Shown piece by piece: positions 63,756-64,000 of a stretch of 64,000 bases of DNA. A model generated the notes under the pieces. The model worked only from the letters and a program-made list of their open reading frames with translations, did not search any database and was not told where the DNA came from. Origin of the DNA: a virus. The translations under genes were made by a program, and so were the position numbers. Numbering within the stretch: position 1 is the stretch's first letter; each line of letters opens with the position of its first letter. Location of the stretch: the IMG/VR virus record IMGVR_UViG_2617270889_000001; one strand, given 5' to 3'.

Positions 63756-64000
63756 CTTCTTTAATATCTGTTATTTCATTTAAAAAGATAGCTTTAGGAT
63801 ATTGGCGCGGGCCAAAAGTAATCGTGTCTTGATGCTTTAAATCAGCTTGACTTACTCTAGTTCCGTTAATCCAAACCCCGTTGGTGCTTTTGCTTTCTGG
63901 AATCATCAGCAACCCATCTATTACGAGGTAATAGGGGGTCTTTTTGCCCCTATTTGGCGGCATCAATACAAAGGTACAATGTTGGCGAGAAACAAATCTA
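63724..64000 (-). CDS. FHA-domain protein, 5' end outside window
   Basis: Frame stays open to the window edge: RFVSRQHCTF...KSTNGVWING...DTITFG gives the FHA SRxH and STNG motifs. Confidence 0.8.
   Translation of the reverse strand, partial: RFVSRQHCTFVLMPPNRGKKTPYYLVIDGLLMIPESKSTNGVWINGTRVSQADLKHQDTITFGPRQYPKAIFLNEITDIKEDGTFSTNIQE

Larger units (their letters stand above)
1493..64000. mobile_element. Siphovirus-like prophage of a Nostocales-type host; right end outside the window
   Basis: Repressor, replication, TerS/TerL, portal, MuF, capsid, tail tube, chaperones, tape measure and fibre genes; no tail sheath; begins inside a truncated host gene. Confidence 0.93.

Overview
Chromosomal window from a heterocyst-forming (Nostocales-type) cyanobacterium, inferred from dense HIP1 GCGATCGC sites and STRR heptamer repeats. 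About 1.5 kb of host DNA (5' end of a cysteine desulfurase gene; 5' two-thirds of a comA-like PLD-family competence nuclease) is followed by a >62 kb siphovirus-like prophage. The prophage appears to have integrated inside comA at about 1495 and runs off the right end; no integrase, attR or endolysin is visible. Modules from left to right: immunity switch (XRE repressor, two 19-bp operators); lambda-like replication region (initiator with internal alternating iterons, helicase-loader-like gene); a fused C5/N6 DNA methyltransferase; a tail-tip/fibre cluster and 2074-aa tape measure; a small moron; terminase genes; tail tube with chaperones joined by a -1 frameshift; neck, capsid, scaffold and protease genes; a 1405-aa MuF protein; a portal gene in the opposite orientation flanked by an 11-bp inverted repeat; Zn-finger accessory genes; and a leftward operon with a membrane FtsK/HerA-type ATPase, membrane and coiled-coil partners, three HNH genes and an RHH regulator. 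Top leads: prophage switch in comA, a possibly invertible portal cassette, a TraB/Spd-like or defence ATPase operon, an Acb2/Tad1-like sponge, a ParB-type polyvalent head protein, a shared [AIV]-[ENY]-F motif in head proteins, and a small repeat insertion that fused two genes. All functional calls come from motif recognition by eye; no database searches were run.
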